DNA of 51,667 bases from Patescibacteria group bacterium (GCA_023473595.1 JAMCYV010000025.1:1-51667); one strand, 5' to 3'. Shown: positions 1-9,542, numbered from the stretch's first letter. Notes: generated from the letters alone by a model not told the origin. Numbers and translations are program-made.

Positions 1-207
1 TTATCCAAGCAGTAAAAGTCTCTTAGACAGTATCTTTAACACAATAACTTTTGATTAAGGTATAAATTTAAAGAGGGGTTTTGTAACACCTCCTTTTATC
101 TTCAACAATAGTCAAGACAACTTCTTTTTTTAGTTATTTTTTGGTCTCTCGGGATATTACTCCGTTTCCTTTGAACCTAGAATAGTTGGTTTAGGCAATT
201 TTTGTAT

Positions 208-954
208 TTAGTCCTCGATTTCGGTAAAAATTATTGTGCCTATAAGAAGGAGGATTAGGGAGACCAAAAGGAGAACGGCAAAATCATTTATAAAACCGAA
301 CCTAGGGTAGCTGACCAAGCTTCCTCTTAAGCCATCTATCCCATAAGATAAGGGATTTAAGAGAGCGATAATAGTTAAACCTCTCGGCAGTTGTTCCAGA
401 GGGAAAAGAGAGCCGGAAACAAAGAAAAGGGGGAGGACTATAAAATTTATAATAAGCTGAAAAGCTTGAGCATCAGTTAAAAGAAGAGCAGCCATTGTTC
501 CTAAAGAAGTTGTAAAAAGTGCTATTAAAAACATGTAAACAAAAGCCAAAGGCAGAAGACGGAAATTATTAATAGTAAATCCAACAAAGGTAGACAAAAA
601 AAGAGTGATAACTCCCTGGATAAATCCGACTGTTGCTCCCCCTAAAGACCGTCCGACCATAATACTCCAACGTGATGCCGGAGCAACCAAAGTTTCTTTA
701 AGGAAACCAAACTGCCTATCAAAAATAATCTCGTAACCTGCCAAGACTCCAGTAAAAATGATTCCCAAGGCGATGGCTCCGGGAGCTAAAAATTGGATGA
801 AATTTCCTTCGCCAGCTTTGGCAAAAATAGGGCCGAATCCCAAGCCGATAGCTAGAAGAAAAAGAAGCGATTGCCCTACAATACCTATGATTCTAGCTGG
901 AGCTCTTAAATAGTGAGTTATTTGTCTTATCCAAAGGACGTAAACTGCATTCAT
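208..954 (-). CDS. ABC-2 type transporter permease
   Basis: 248-aa polytopic hydrophobic ORF. It starts 1 nt after the stop of the ATPase gene on the same strand, a DrrB/ABC-2-like arrangement. Confidence 0.8.
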   Translation of the reverse strand: MNAVYVLWIRQITHYLRAPARIIGIVGQSLLFLLAIGLGFGPIFAKAGEGNFIQFLAPGAIALGIIFTGVLAGYEIIFDRQFGFLKETLVAPASRWSIMVGRSLGGATVGFIQGVITLFLSTFVGFTINNFRLLPLAFVYMFLIALFTTSLGTMAALLLTDAQAFQLIINFIVLPLFFVSGSLFPLEQLPRGLTIIALLNPLSYGIDGLRGSLVSYPRFGFINDFAVLLLVSLILLLIGTIIFTEIED

Positions 955-955
955 G

Positions 956-1732
956 TTAAATATTTCTTATTCGGGGGCCGCCTTTTTCTCCCCCTTCTCT
1001 AATATCTTTTCCAGTTAAAACCAAAAAAGCCTCTTCTAAAGATTCCGTTTCCGTTTCTTCTTCTAAACCTTTCGGGCTGTTTAAGGCAATAATCTGGCCG
1101 TGGTCAATGATAGCGATTCTATCAGCTTCTCTTTCGGCTTCTTCCATAAGATGAGTAGTAAAAAAAACGGTTAAGTCCTCTCTTTTTCTAAGATCCTGAA
1201 TATAAGACCAGATTCTATTTCTCGTTTGGGGGTCAAGTCCCACAGTCGGTTCGTCAAGAAAGAGAATTTTCGGCTGATGTAATAAAGCTCTGGCTATTTC
1301 AAGCCGTCTTCTCATCCCCCCCGAAAATTTCTTGATGATCTCGTTCCTTCTCTCAAAAAGCTGAAAGAACTTTAGTAAGTTTTCGGTCTTAATCCTTCTT
1401 TTTTCTTTTGGCACCTGGTACAAGATGCCGTGATATTCCATATTTTCATAGGCAGTCAGTTCATCATCTAAACTTGGTTCTTGGAAAACAATCCCAAAGG
1501 ATTTCCTGGCGGCAGCTTGATTAGAAACAACATCGTTATCATTTATAAAAATGCGGCCACTTGTTGGTTTTAAAATGGTAGTCATCATTTTGATAGTCGT
1601 TGTTTTACCGGCGCCGTTCGGGCCTAAAAAAGCGAATATCTCACCTCTTTTAACACTGAAACTGATATCGTCAACAGCTGTAAAATCCCTGAAAATTTTC
1701 GTCAAATTTTTGACCTTGATAACGTTTTCCAT
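956..1732 (-). CDS. ABC transporter ATP-binding protein (DrrA-like)
   Basis: Walker A GPNGAGKTTT, signature FSGGMRRRLEIARAL, Walker B ILFLDEPTVGLD. Confidence 0.93.
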   Translation of the reverse strand: MENVIKVKNLTKIFRDFTAVDDISFSVKRGEIFAFLGPNGAGKTTTIKMMTTILKPTSGRIFINDNDVVSNQAAARKSFGIVFQEPSLDDELTAYENMEYHGILYQVPKEKRRIKTENLLKFFQLFERRNEIIKKFSGGMRRRLEIARALLHQPKILFLDEPTVGLDPQTRNRIWSYIQDLRKREDLTVFFTTHLMEEAEREADRIAIIDHGQIIALNSPKGLEEETETESLEEAFLVLTGKDIREGGEKGGPRIRNI

Positions 1733-2075
1733 AAGGGTATCTTAGGTATTAATTTATTGTTTAGCATTAAGAAAAATCCCAAATAACCCTTGCCAAAGAA
1801 AAATTATTATGGTAAGGTAAATAAAATTAAATAAGAAAGATGGAAAGTCCAAATTGTTACAACTTTAAACATATGCTCATGCACGAGCCCTTCAACGGGG
1901 GTGCTATTTCTGTTTCAGATAATTATCTGGCCAAGGAAGTTTTTGCGTTTAAAAATAAATTGATTATGAATTAAGATAATTTTAATTAAACACTTTGAAG
2001 ATTTCCTCGGTTAGATAAGCCGGGGATTTTTTGTGCCCGTTTATCTAGGGAATCTTAAAAAGAGAGGAGGAAAAG

Positions 2076-2672
2076 GTGTTAGTTACTGCAGGCAGTTTAA
2101 CTGAAAGGGATGAGGAAAAGATGTCTGAAAGTATCCGTTTTTTGGAAGACGAAAGGATCTATCTCCGCCCGCTAGAAATGACGGATCTCGATCTTTGTGT
2201 CAAGTGGTTCAACGACAGGGAAGTGACGAAATATCTTTGCCAGACCCTGCCGATGACTCGTCTTGCTGAAGAGAAGTGGCTTAAGGAAACGATGGAGAAG
2301 AAGGAAGACTTTGTTCTTGTGATTGCACTAAAAGAGAATGATCGTTCAATTGGAACAATCGGTCTTCATGATTTCAAAAACATTCACCGTCATGGTGAGC
2401 TTGGAATCGCTATCGGTGAAAAGGATTGCTGGAGCCAGGGCTATGGAGCCGAAGCGATCAAGATTTTGCTTGATTATGCGTTCAATTCTTTGAATCTCCA
2501 TAAGGTCAATCTTGGGGTTATTCAACCGAATGCAAGGGCCTTCAGATGCTATTCAAAGTGTGGTTTTATCAAAGAGGGCGAGCAGAGAGAAGAACTCTGG
2601 ATCGACGGCGAGTACATCAACAAGATAACGATGTCGATTTTAAGGAGCGAATACTATGAAACAAAGAAGTAA
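2076..2672 (+). CDS. GNAT family N-acetyltransferase (RimJ/RimL-like)
   Basis: GTG start 6 nt after GGAGG. GNAT core motif ...GIAIGEKDCWSQGYGAEAIKILLDYAF... An ATG at 2121 is an alternative start. Confidence 0.8.
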   Translation: MLVTAGSLTERDEEKMSESIRFLEDERIYLRPLEMTDLDLCVKWFNDREVTKYLCQTLPMTRLAEEKWLKETMEKKEDFVLVIALKENDRSIGTIGLHDFKNIHRHGELGIAIGEKDCWSQGYGAEAIKILLDYAFNSLNLHKVNLGVIQPNARAFRCYSKCGFIKEGEQREELWIDGEYINKITMSILRSEYYETKK

Positions 2673-4140
2673 CCAACAGGGAGCCGAAAGGCTCCCTTTC
2701 ACTTTCTGCTATAATCAAGTCATGGTGATTTATTACCCCAAAAAACGCAAGAATAAAGTAAAAACATACCTAATTATTTTTACCATTTTTTTGCTTGGAA
2801 TTTTGATACCAAAAATTATCTCAGAGACGAAAGATTCTATTTCTTTACCAGTTGTTAATCCTAAAATCGACCGGTATTATGCGGCTGTGACTTATCTTTC
2901 CGATTCTCGAACAAATGTCGCTAAAAGCCAGCTTACTGAATCGGCCAAAACCGGGAAATTAATCGTCTTAGAGAAAGACAAAGGAGATTTAACCGGCTTT
3001 TTGGGCGTTGATTTAATTAATACTGCTGCCAAAAGCGAAGATATTAAGCTAGATACTGATAAGCTGGTGATTTTAAGAGCGAGCGACTTAACTCCGAATT
3101 TCAAAGTTCTCTCGATAGATGGAAAATCGCTTTTTTCTGATACTGATTATCCTTTGTTTGCAAGAGTAACCAAAGAGGAAGGAGAGGAGAAGTTCGATCC
3201 ATCAAAAGTTATCAAAATGACTTCGGTTGGCGATATTATCCTCGGCCGGTCGGTTTACGAAAAGATGCTCTCTTTGGGCTACATGAGTCCTTTTTCTAAT
3301 GTTTCAGAGAGGCTTAAGGCGGCTGATATCACCTTCGGCGACTTAGAAACGCCGCTTTCTAACAAGGTGACTCCGCCGACCGAAGGGATGTCCTTTCTGG
3401 CTCCGCAGGCGGCGATTGTAGGTATATTAGCTTCAGGATTTAACATTTTGGGTCTTGCTAATAACCATAGCACTAACTTCGGCGCTGAAACTTTCACCGA
3501 CACCTTGAATCTTTTAAAGAAAGAAAAAATCGAATATGTCGGCGGTGGAGAGAACTTAGCGGAGGCGAGGCAATATAAAATCTTAAATATAAAAAATAAA
3601 AAATTTGCGTTTTTAGATGTTAATAGTATCATTGGAGATTTAGAAGCAGGGCCGGACTCTCCTGGCGATTGGCATATTACTTTGAAACCTTGGGGGAATC
3701 TGAACCAGACTCAAGTGGATGAGCTTTTGGCCCAAGTTAGAAAGGCGAGGCAAGAATCTGATTACCTGACGGTGATGGTTCATTGGAGCGCCGAATATAC
3801 TCATGACCCCAATAGTGAAATGAGAAACTTAGCCCATCAGGTTCTTGATGCCGGTGCCGACCAGATTATCGGCACCCATCCCCACTGGACTCAAGGAACA
3901 GAGGTTTATAAAGGGAAATTTATCGCTTATTCCTTGGGAAATTTTATCTTTGACCAGGAATGGTCCGCTGAAACCAAACAAGGGCTCATTATGGATTCCT
4001 ATTTTTACGGCAGCAAATTGATTAGTGTTAATTTAACCCCAGTTTTGATCGAAAACTACCATCGGCCGCGAATTTTAGATTCAGTCGAAGGCAAGCCGAT
4101 CATGGATGCTGTCTGGGAAGCAAGTGAGAAGCTTAAGTAA
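2656..4140 (+). CDS. CapA family protein (poly-gamma-glutamate synthesis / metallophosphatase-like), N-terminal TM anchor
   Basis: Motifs NNHSTNFG, HWSAEY, GTHPHW and SLGNFIFDQ. AAGGAG lies 8 nt upstream of ATG 2656. An alternative start is at 2722. Confidence 0.8.
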   Translation: MKQRSNQQGAERLPFTFCYNQVMVIYYPKKRKNKVKTYLIIFTIFLLGILIPKIISETKDSISLPVVNPKIDRYYAAVTYLSDSRTNVAKSQLTESAKTGKLIVLEKDKGDLTGFLGVDLINTAAKSEDIKLDTDKLVILRASDLTPNFKVLSIDGKSLFSDTDYPLFARVTKEEGEEKFDPSKVIKMTSVGDIILGRSVYEKMLSLGYMSPFSNVSERLKAADITFGDLETPLSNKVTPPTEGMSFLAPQAAIVGILASGFNILGLANNHSTNFGAETFTDTLNLLKKEKIEYVGGGENLAEARQYKILNIKNKKFAFLDVNSIIGDLEAGPDSPGDWHITLKPWGNLNQTQVDELLAQVRKARQESDYLTVMVHWSAEYTHDPNSEMRNLAHQVLDAGADQIIGTHPHWTQGTEVYKGKFIAYSLGNFIFDQEWSAETKQGLIMDSYFYGSKLISVNLTPVLIENYHRPRILDSVEGKPIMDAVWEASEKLK

Positions 4141-4145
4141 AGTTT

Positions 4146-4403
4146 GTCATTCCGGACTATTCCTTTAGAAATATAATCAGTTGATCCGGAATCTAGAAGC
4201 TCTGCTTTTGTCATTCCGAGTGATAGCCGAGGAATCTGTTTTCTTTCTACTTTTGAATAACCAAAAGTAGCAAAAGTTACCGACAAAAACAGCTTTTCAA
4301 AGTGTCGTTCGTATGCTCGCTTCATGTTTGAGAAAATACAACAAGTCCGATTCCGGAAAGTATTTTCTCTAACTTTCCGTTCGCTTCTCACTCGCTTTGA
4401 AAA
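4146..4403. repeat. Array of hairpin-forming repeats (GTCATTCCGR family plus nested inverted repeats)
   Basis: Four elements: gtcattccgga...tccggaatc (4146-4193); gtcattccgagtgatagccgaggaatc (4210-4236); ctactttt/aaaagtag hairpin (4247-4270); nested IRs cttttcaaag/ctttgaaaa (4293-4302 / 4395-4403) and gagaaaatac/gtattttctc (4330-4339 / 4360-4369). Confidence 0.75.
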
Positions 4404-4573
4404 CTGATTGTCGGACTAACCTTTGCTTTTTCCGGTGAATTATCCTAAAATTAAACCATAACTAACAAGGAGAAAATACGGGAAAAAAAGGAATAAATGT
4501 AAAGAGGCTTTTTATCACACTTGGATTAATATTACTTACGGTCATAGTAACTGCCGGTGGGACCTATTATGTC

Positions 4574-5179
4574 ATGAGCAAGAATGCCCAGCAGGTGCAA
4601 GATGCTAACAACAAATCAGTCCAGGCACTGCAAAAACAGATTGATGAACTGAAGAAGATCCAAACGCAAGTTGCAACTCCAAATACTTCAACAACTACCA
4701 AAGAAAATATTCCTAGTTATGCTAACGACTGGTATAAGTATATAGATTCTGAATATGATTTCAGTTTTAGATATCCAAAAACAGGGGGAGGAGACCTTCT
4801 TGGGGGAACTAAGGCCTGCAAGAATCCTTTAATTCCTGTAAAGAGGACTGATTATACTGCATATGGTAATTTCTTTGGCATTACTGTAGTCAATAACCAA
4901 AATAATTTAACGTTGGATGAATATATAGCAAAGAAAGAGTTAGACAAATATATGACTTTCAAAAAACCAAATTATGGTAGTGCAAAAGAAGCATATATTG
5001 TAGATAAAAATAGGTCTGGAATTGGAATCGGTGGTGACCAATATCTTGTTGCACTATATAGAGACAAGAATAATATTTATGAAATGCATAGTTTCCAAAA
5101 TCCAGGATCATTAGAAGATTGTGACGGGAGTATCCCAGCTGGAATGTCAATTCTTGAAACCTTTAACTTTACTAATTAG
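4574..5179 (+). CDS. Secreted/membrane-anchored hypothetical protein, paralog 1 (canonical start lost; frame open from 4466)
   Basis: The in-frame upstream sequence 4478-4573 encodes the same TM anchor as paralogs 2 and 3, but the homologous start codon is ACG (4478-4480). Confidence 0.6.
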   Translation: MSKNAQQVQDANNKSVQALQKQIDELKKIQTQVATPNTSTTTKENIPSYANDWYKYIDSEYDFSFRYPKTGGGDLLGGTKACKNPLIPVKRTDYTAYGNFFGITVVNNQNNLTLDEYIAKKELDKYMTFKKPNYGSAKEAYIVDKNRSGIGIGGDQYLVALYRDKNNIYEMHSFQNPGSLEDCDGSIPAGMSILETFNFTN

Positions 5180-5188
5180 GAGAGAAAT

Positions 5189-6163
5189 ATGGAAGAAAAG
5201 GGGATAAATGTAAGAAGACTATCCATCACTCTGTGTTTAGTTTTAGTAACCGCTCTTGCCGTTGGCGGTGCAACTTATTACGTCATGGGTAAGAATGCCA
5301 AACAGGTACAGATCGCTAGTGAAAAAAGTATACAAACACTTCAAAGCCAGGTTAATTCGCTAAAAAATGAAAGAGGAAAGCAGGAAACAGGGAAACAAGA
5401 AGTAATTAAATGGGAAAATAATACTCTTAAGACAGACAAAGTTCCCATTTCTAAAACCTACCCAATTCATAAATTCCAAGACCCCTATACCGATATATCG
5501 CAAGTTAAAATAAAAGCTATCTATTTTTCCTCTAAAGACAAGGCTGCTCGGGCTGACTGGAGAGAGCAGATGGAAAGCGAATTAAACACAACCAAACAAT
5601 TTGTCGAAGAGCAATTTAATAATAAGATCTCTATCTCCTATGACATTTACCCTGAAGTGGTTTATGGCAACTATGATTGTCCTTCTTATTTTAATTTTTA
5701 TCAGTGTTCTTCAAGTGACATTCCTATCGGTTCTAAGGCTCAATATAGGATTGAAGACGATTTAAATAGCTTGCTATATAGAGAGGGTGGTAAGTATTAT
5801 AATGAACAATTCTTAAAAGACGATGGGAAAAGCTACACAATTTTTGGTGTCTTTAATTTTGATTCAACAGGTACAACTGATGTCGGTGGTGTCTTAGGTA
5901 ATAAATTTGAAGTGGTAGTTAACCCATCTCACACTAATTACCAAGGTGCAAAGGTTGAAGACCAGATGACTATACAACTTTTTCTAAAAGCAATTGGGCT
6001 TCCGAACGAAGGAACTGCTGGTCACACCGATGGTAGGATTTGTTCTCAAATGAAAGATGGTGTTAGGGTTGATTATCCTGATATATTGGCGATTGGCAGT
6101 TCGGATATTGACTTTACTAAGGCATATATTGATGACGATCTAAAGGCCGGAATGGGGATATAA
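5189..6163 (+). CDS. Membrane-anchored hypothetical protein, paralog 2 (divergent C-terminal domain)
   Basis: The N-terminus MEEKGINVRRLSITL...GGATYYV plus a Q-rich coiled segment are shared with its neighbours. GGAG lies upstream. Confidence 0.65.
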   Translation: MEEKGINVRRLSITLCLVLVTALAVGGATYYVMGKNAKQVQIASEKSIQTLQSQVNSLKNERGKQETGKQEVIKWENNTLKTDKVPISKTYPIHKFQDPYTDISQVKIKAIYFSSKDKAARADWREQMESELNTTKQFVEEQFNNKISISYDIYPEVVYGNYDCPSYFNFYQCSSSDIPIGSKAQYRIEDDLNSLLYREGGKYYNEQFLKDDGKSYTIFGVFNFDSTGTTDVGGVLGNKFEVVVNPSHTNYQGAKVEDQMTIQLFLKAIGLPNEGTAGHTDGRICSQMKDGVRVDYPDILAIGSSDIDFTKAYIDDDLKAGMGI

Positions 6164-6229
6164 GAAAAAGTAAATTTTCTTAGTTTTTAACTTTTTAATG
6201 ATTATTAACTTAACTAATTAGGAGAAAGT

Positions 6230-6904
6230 ATGGAAGAAAAAGGAATAAATGTAAAAAGACTATTTATCACTCTAGGATTGGTATTATTTACCGCTCTTAC
6301 TGTTGGCGGCGGTACTTACTATGTTCTTACCCAAAATGCTAAGAAAGAAAAAGAAGCGAATGATAAGGAGATTCAAGCATTACAGAATCAAGTTGATACC
6401 TTGAAGAAGGGGTCGGAAAAGAAAACAGAAACACCGGCAGCTAGTTCAACTAACAGTACGACAACACCAGCTGATGAAACGGCTAATTGGAAAAGTTATT
6501 CTAACTCAACCTATAAGTTCTCAATAAAGTATCCAGAAAATTGGTCTCTAAATACAGGGGGAACGATGCCTTTTGATATCAAGAATGGGGCAGATTATAT
6601 TTTTGTTAATCCATACCAAAGCAAATCAGATTATCCATCAACCGTCAAAACCTTGCAGCAATATATTCAGTATTCCTTAGTAACCCCCGCTCCAAAGAAT
6701 ATACAATCAGTGACAATGTCAGGATTTGATGAAGTTATAAAGTATCAACAGCTTCAAAATGCCTTTAAAAATACCATCTATAGTTATGCACTTAGAAAAG
6801 GAGATAGAATCCTGATTTTTACTTATGGCGCTCAAGATAAAAATCCTAGTCAGGATGCAATAGATATCGCTGAAAAGATGGTAAATACTTTAACCATTCA
6901 ATAG
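6230..6904 (+). CDS. Membrane-anchored hypothetical protein, paralog 3
   Basis: N-terminus MEEKGINVKRLFITL...GGGTYYV. The C-terminal domain starts with NWKSYSNSTYKFSIKYPENW. Confidence 0.65.
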   Translation: MEEKGINVKRLFITLGLVLFTALTVGGGTYYVLTQNAKKEKEANDKEIQALQNQVDTLKKGSEKKTETPAASSTNSTTTPADETANWKSYSNSTYKFSIKYPENWSLNTGGTMPFDIKNGADYIFVNPYQSKSDYPSTVKTLQQYIQYSLVTPAPKNIQSVTMSGFDEVIKYQQLQNAFKNTIYSYALRKGDRILIFTYGAQDKNPSQDAIDIAEKMVNTLTIQ

Positions 6905-6928
6905 TAAACAGTAAATAACCACAAGTTA

Positions 6929-6959
6929 AAACTATCGCCCAGTCTCGGGCGGTAGTTTT
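6929..6959. terminator. Bidirectional hairpin terminator between convergent genes
   Basis: aaactatcgccc-agtctc-gggcggtagttt forms a 12-bp stem with one G-U pair. It is flanked by A and T runs. Confidence 0.75.
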
Positions 6960-6979
6960 GTATTGATTTTAAAGAGCTT

Positions 6980-7651
6980 TTATTCCTTCACCAATTTTCC
7001 GTCTTTGATATGGAAGACAATATCGCTTCGTTTGGCGACGTCTTGGTCATGGGTGACAGCGATGATAGTCGTTTTCTCAATTTTTGCCAGCTTTTTCAGA
7101 AGATCGTCAATCATTTTACCCGTTTCGGTGTCCAAGTTTCCTGTCGGTTCGTCAGCCAAAATTAGCTTTGGTTTATTGGCGAGGGCTCTCGCAATAGCCA
7201 CTCTTTGTTGTTCGCCGCCGGAAAGTCGAGAAGGTTTTCTTAAGTGTTTATTTTCATCAAGATCGACTTCTAAGAGAAGATCTCTCGCTCTTTCTTTCCT
7301 TTTTGCTTTTGGCATCCCGGTAAGTTCCATGGGAATCATCACGTTTTCCAAGGCGGAAATATTCGGAATTAAATTATAATTTTGAAAGACAAAGCCGATT
7401 TCTTCTCTTCTGTAGGAAATCAGTTTGCGATCTGGCATTTTAGTAATCTCTTTTCCTCCAATTTCAATTTTCCCGGAAGTGGCTTTATCAAGGGCTCCCA
7501 AGAGAGCAAGGAGGGTGCTCTTCCCACTGCCGCTTTTTCCAATAATGGAAACAAAAGAACCCTCTTCGATTTCTAAACTTACTCCGTCTACAGCATTTAT
7601 AATCGTGTCCCCTGATTTAAATTGTTTTTTTAAATTCTCTACTTTAAGCAT
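6980..7651 (-). CDS. ABC transporter ATP-binding protein (MacB/LolD type)
   Basis: GKSGSGKSTLL, LSGGEQQRVAIARAL, LILADEPTGNLD. Confidence 0.93.
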   Translation of the reverse strand: MLKVENLKKQFKSGDTIINAVDGVSLEIEEGSFVSIIGKSGSGKSTLLALLGALDKATSGKIEIGGKEITKMPDRKLISYRREEIGFVFQNYNLIPNISALENVMIPMELTGMPKAKRKERARDLLLEVDLDENKHLRKPSRLSGGEQQRVAIARALANKPKLILADEPTGNLDTETGKMIDDLLKKLAKIEKTTIIAVTHDQDVAKRSDIVFHIKDGKLVKE

Positions 7652-7758
7652 ACGTTCCTTAAATTACTAATTGCTAATTTTTAATGATTAATTAATTTTA
7701 TAATTTAATAATTTCAAATTTTATTAGTAATTAGTTATTTTAAAATTAATAATTTACC
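7652..7758. repeat. AT-rich low-complexity word tract (TAATTA/ATTAGT words)
   Basis: 107-nt spacer between the permease and ATPase genes, made almost entirely of attactaattgctaatt...ttagtaattagtta words. Confidence 0.7.
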
Positions 7759-9101
7759 CTATTCTCCTCTTAAAACCTCTGATGGTCTTACTTTTGAAAT
7801 AAGCCAAGCTGGGATAGCACTGCCGATAATAGCGATAACTAAAGCGGCAGCCAGACCATAAAGAATAATATTATAACTAACCACTGCATTAAGATTGCGG
7901 ATGGTGCTCTGGCCGTTCATAATAACCATTCCCATTCTGCCGCCAATCCCGCCACCCATTATTCTCTCTGGCTGCTGACCCGAAGTAAGGCTGCTTGAAA
8001 CCAAGACATTCATAATCGGACTTGCAAGAAGCGCTCCGGCTACAAGACCGACAAGGGTGCCGAGAAAGGTTAAAGAAACCGATTCGGAGATAAATTGGGT
8101 TACAATCTTTATGTTTGAAGATCCGATGGCCTTCAAGACGCCGATCTCTTTTCTTCTTTCTCTAACAATCATAATCATTGTTAAGAAAATAATTGTTCCG
8201 CCGGATAGAATGGCGCCGATGAGGCTGTAAAATGAGATATTTTTGATATTCTCTAAGGGCTCCAAGGCTCTTTCTGAAGTGTCTTGTTGGGTGACAACAT
8301 CAGCCTTGCTCTCTAAGGCATTTTGAATATCGGATTTGACTTGGTTAAATTATTAATCGAATCTACTTGAATAATAGTGCTTGAGACTTCATTTGGCTGA
8401 CTTGAAAGCCTTTGGAGAGTTTTAATGGGAAAAACAATGACACTGTTTGACATCTTGTTACCGGCGTCAAAAATACCGCTCACGGTAATGTCAGTATTAT
8501 ATATCTTGAAAGTTGAGCCGACATTCAAATTATTTTTAGTTGCCAAGTCTTGACCAATATCCGCCGTATTTGTATCAGAATTACCGTCTATTAAAGAACC
8601 GGATTTAATAGTGACTGTCCCGCCGCCGAAAGCAGAAAGGGTAGTTGGATTATCGGTCCCGACAGTAAAAATCGGCATCCCTTGGTTAGAATTTTGATTT
8701 TGGTTTTGGTCAGGCCTTTCGGTCTCGCCTCCGTTAAATCTAAATTGCCTTTGCCCCAGTGTTCCCATTTCAATCGGTGATTGAAGAGTAGTGTCAGAAG
8801 TTGTCGCTCTGCCCATCAAAGTATTTGAAACACTAGAAATATGATTAAGGCCTTTTACTTTATTAATGTCATTCATCGTCAAGGGCTCGCCCCCACCTTC
8901 AAATCCCCGAGCTCCGGCTGGAGAAACAGTAATCATATTTCCTATCGAACCTTTGACACTATCGATTTTTTTCTGGACGCTTGCTCTGGCAATAAGCATC
9001 GTGACCGCGAGCCCGATGCTTAAGCCAAGGATAAGGACAATTGCCAAAGTTCTAATTGGGCTTCTGAAAGTATTTTTAATTCCTCTTTTTACAAATCCCA
9101 T
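7759..9101 (-). pseudogene. MacB-like FtsX-family ABC permease split by a frameshift (fragments 8313..9101 and 7759..8265)
   Basis: The N-terminal fragment has TM1 plus a periplasmic domain. The C-terminal fragment has the FtsX motif RERRKEIGVLKAIG. Upstream of 8265 the C-fragment frame reads FNQVKSDIQNALESKADVVTQQDTSERALEPLEN and is open back to 8349. Confidence 0.75.
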
Positions 9102-9104
9102 TTT

Positions 9105-9542
9105 TTACCTCATGACTCTAATTAATTTTGCTTCCACTTTATTATCCTGGTTTGGCGAACCCATGATTATTACATGATCGTCAGCCTTAGGGTCAGAAAT
9201 TTTAAGGCTTTCTCCCAGGTGATCTATCTCTGTTTTATCTGTTACAAGAACTTCTTTCTCTTGGCCATCATTATTTTTCACCCAGATGCTGTTACCTTCG
9301 ATTTTAGAGATAATTCCAGCAACGCCATGGCGACCTTCCGGCATCATATTTCTTCTACCAGCTGGCATCATAGTATTCTCTGGTCTTTCCGGTAAAAATG
9401 GCCTTCTAAATCTCCCGACAATTACTCCGACACTGAAAATTCCAAATAAGATTACCAACACAGCGACAATCGCAATGCCAATCTTCAGCCACTTTGTATC
9501 AATCTCAATCTTTCGATTTTTAGGCTTTTCCTGATTTTCCAT
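9105..9542 (-). CDS. Membrane-anchored protein with DUF5666-like beta domain
   Basis: One N-terminal TM helix, then GIISKIEGNSIWVKNNDGQEKEVLVTDKTEI. Its start overlaps the stop of the upstream gene. Confidence 0.5.
   Translation of the reverse strand: MENQEKPKNRKIEIDTKWLKIGIAIVAVLVILFGIFSVGVIVGRFRRPFLPERPENTMMPAGRRNMMPEGRHGVAGIISKIEGNSIWVKNNDGQEKEVLVTDKTEIDHLGESLKISDPKADDHVIIMGSPNQDNKVEAKLIRVMR

Noticed and set aside
1840-2036. A 44-aa ORF (1840..1974) followed by the hairpin cctcgg-ttagataag-ccgggg plus a T-run (2005-2036). It could be a leader peptide or attenuator upstream of the GNAT-capA genes.
   Set aside because: There is no convincing SD, the stem is short (6 bp including a G-U pair), and no known riboswitch or leader motif was recognised. 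I kept it as a note only.
4056-4391. A 111-aa minus-strand ORF in the capA-downstream gap.
   Set aside because: It is a read-through of the hairpin repeat array (SLGMTK-type translations of the GTCATTCCG words). It has no SD and overlaps the capA 3' end.
6963-7670. Plus-strand ORFs 6963..7379, 7382..7576 and 7425..7670.
   Set aside because: They are antisense to a complete ABC ATPase gene with all canonical motifs.
7652-7758. The AT-word tracts considered as a possible CRISPR array or tandem repeats.
   Set aside because: There is no fixed-length repeat/spacer periodicity, and the units are irregular permutations of short words. No cas genes are in the window.
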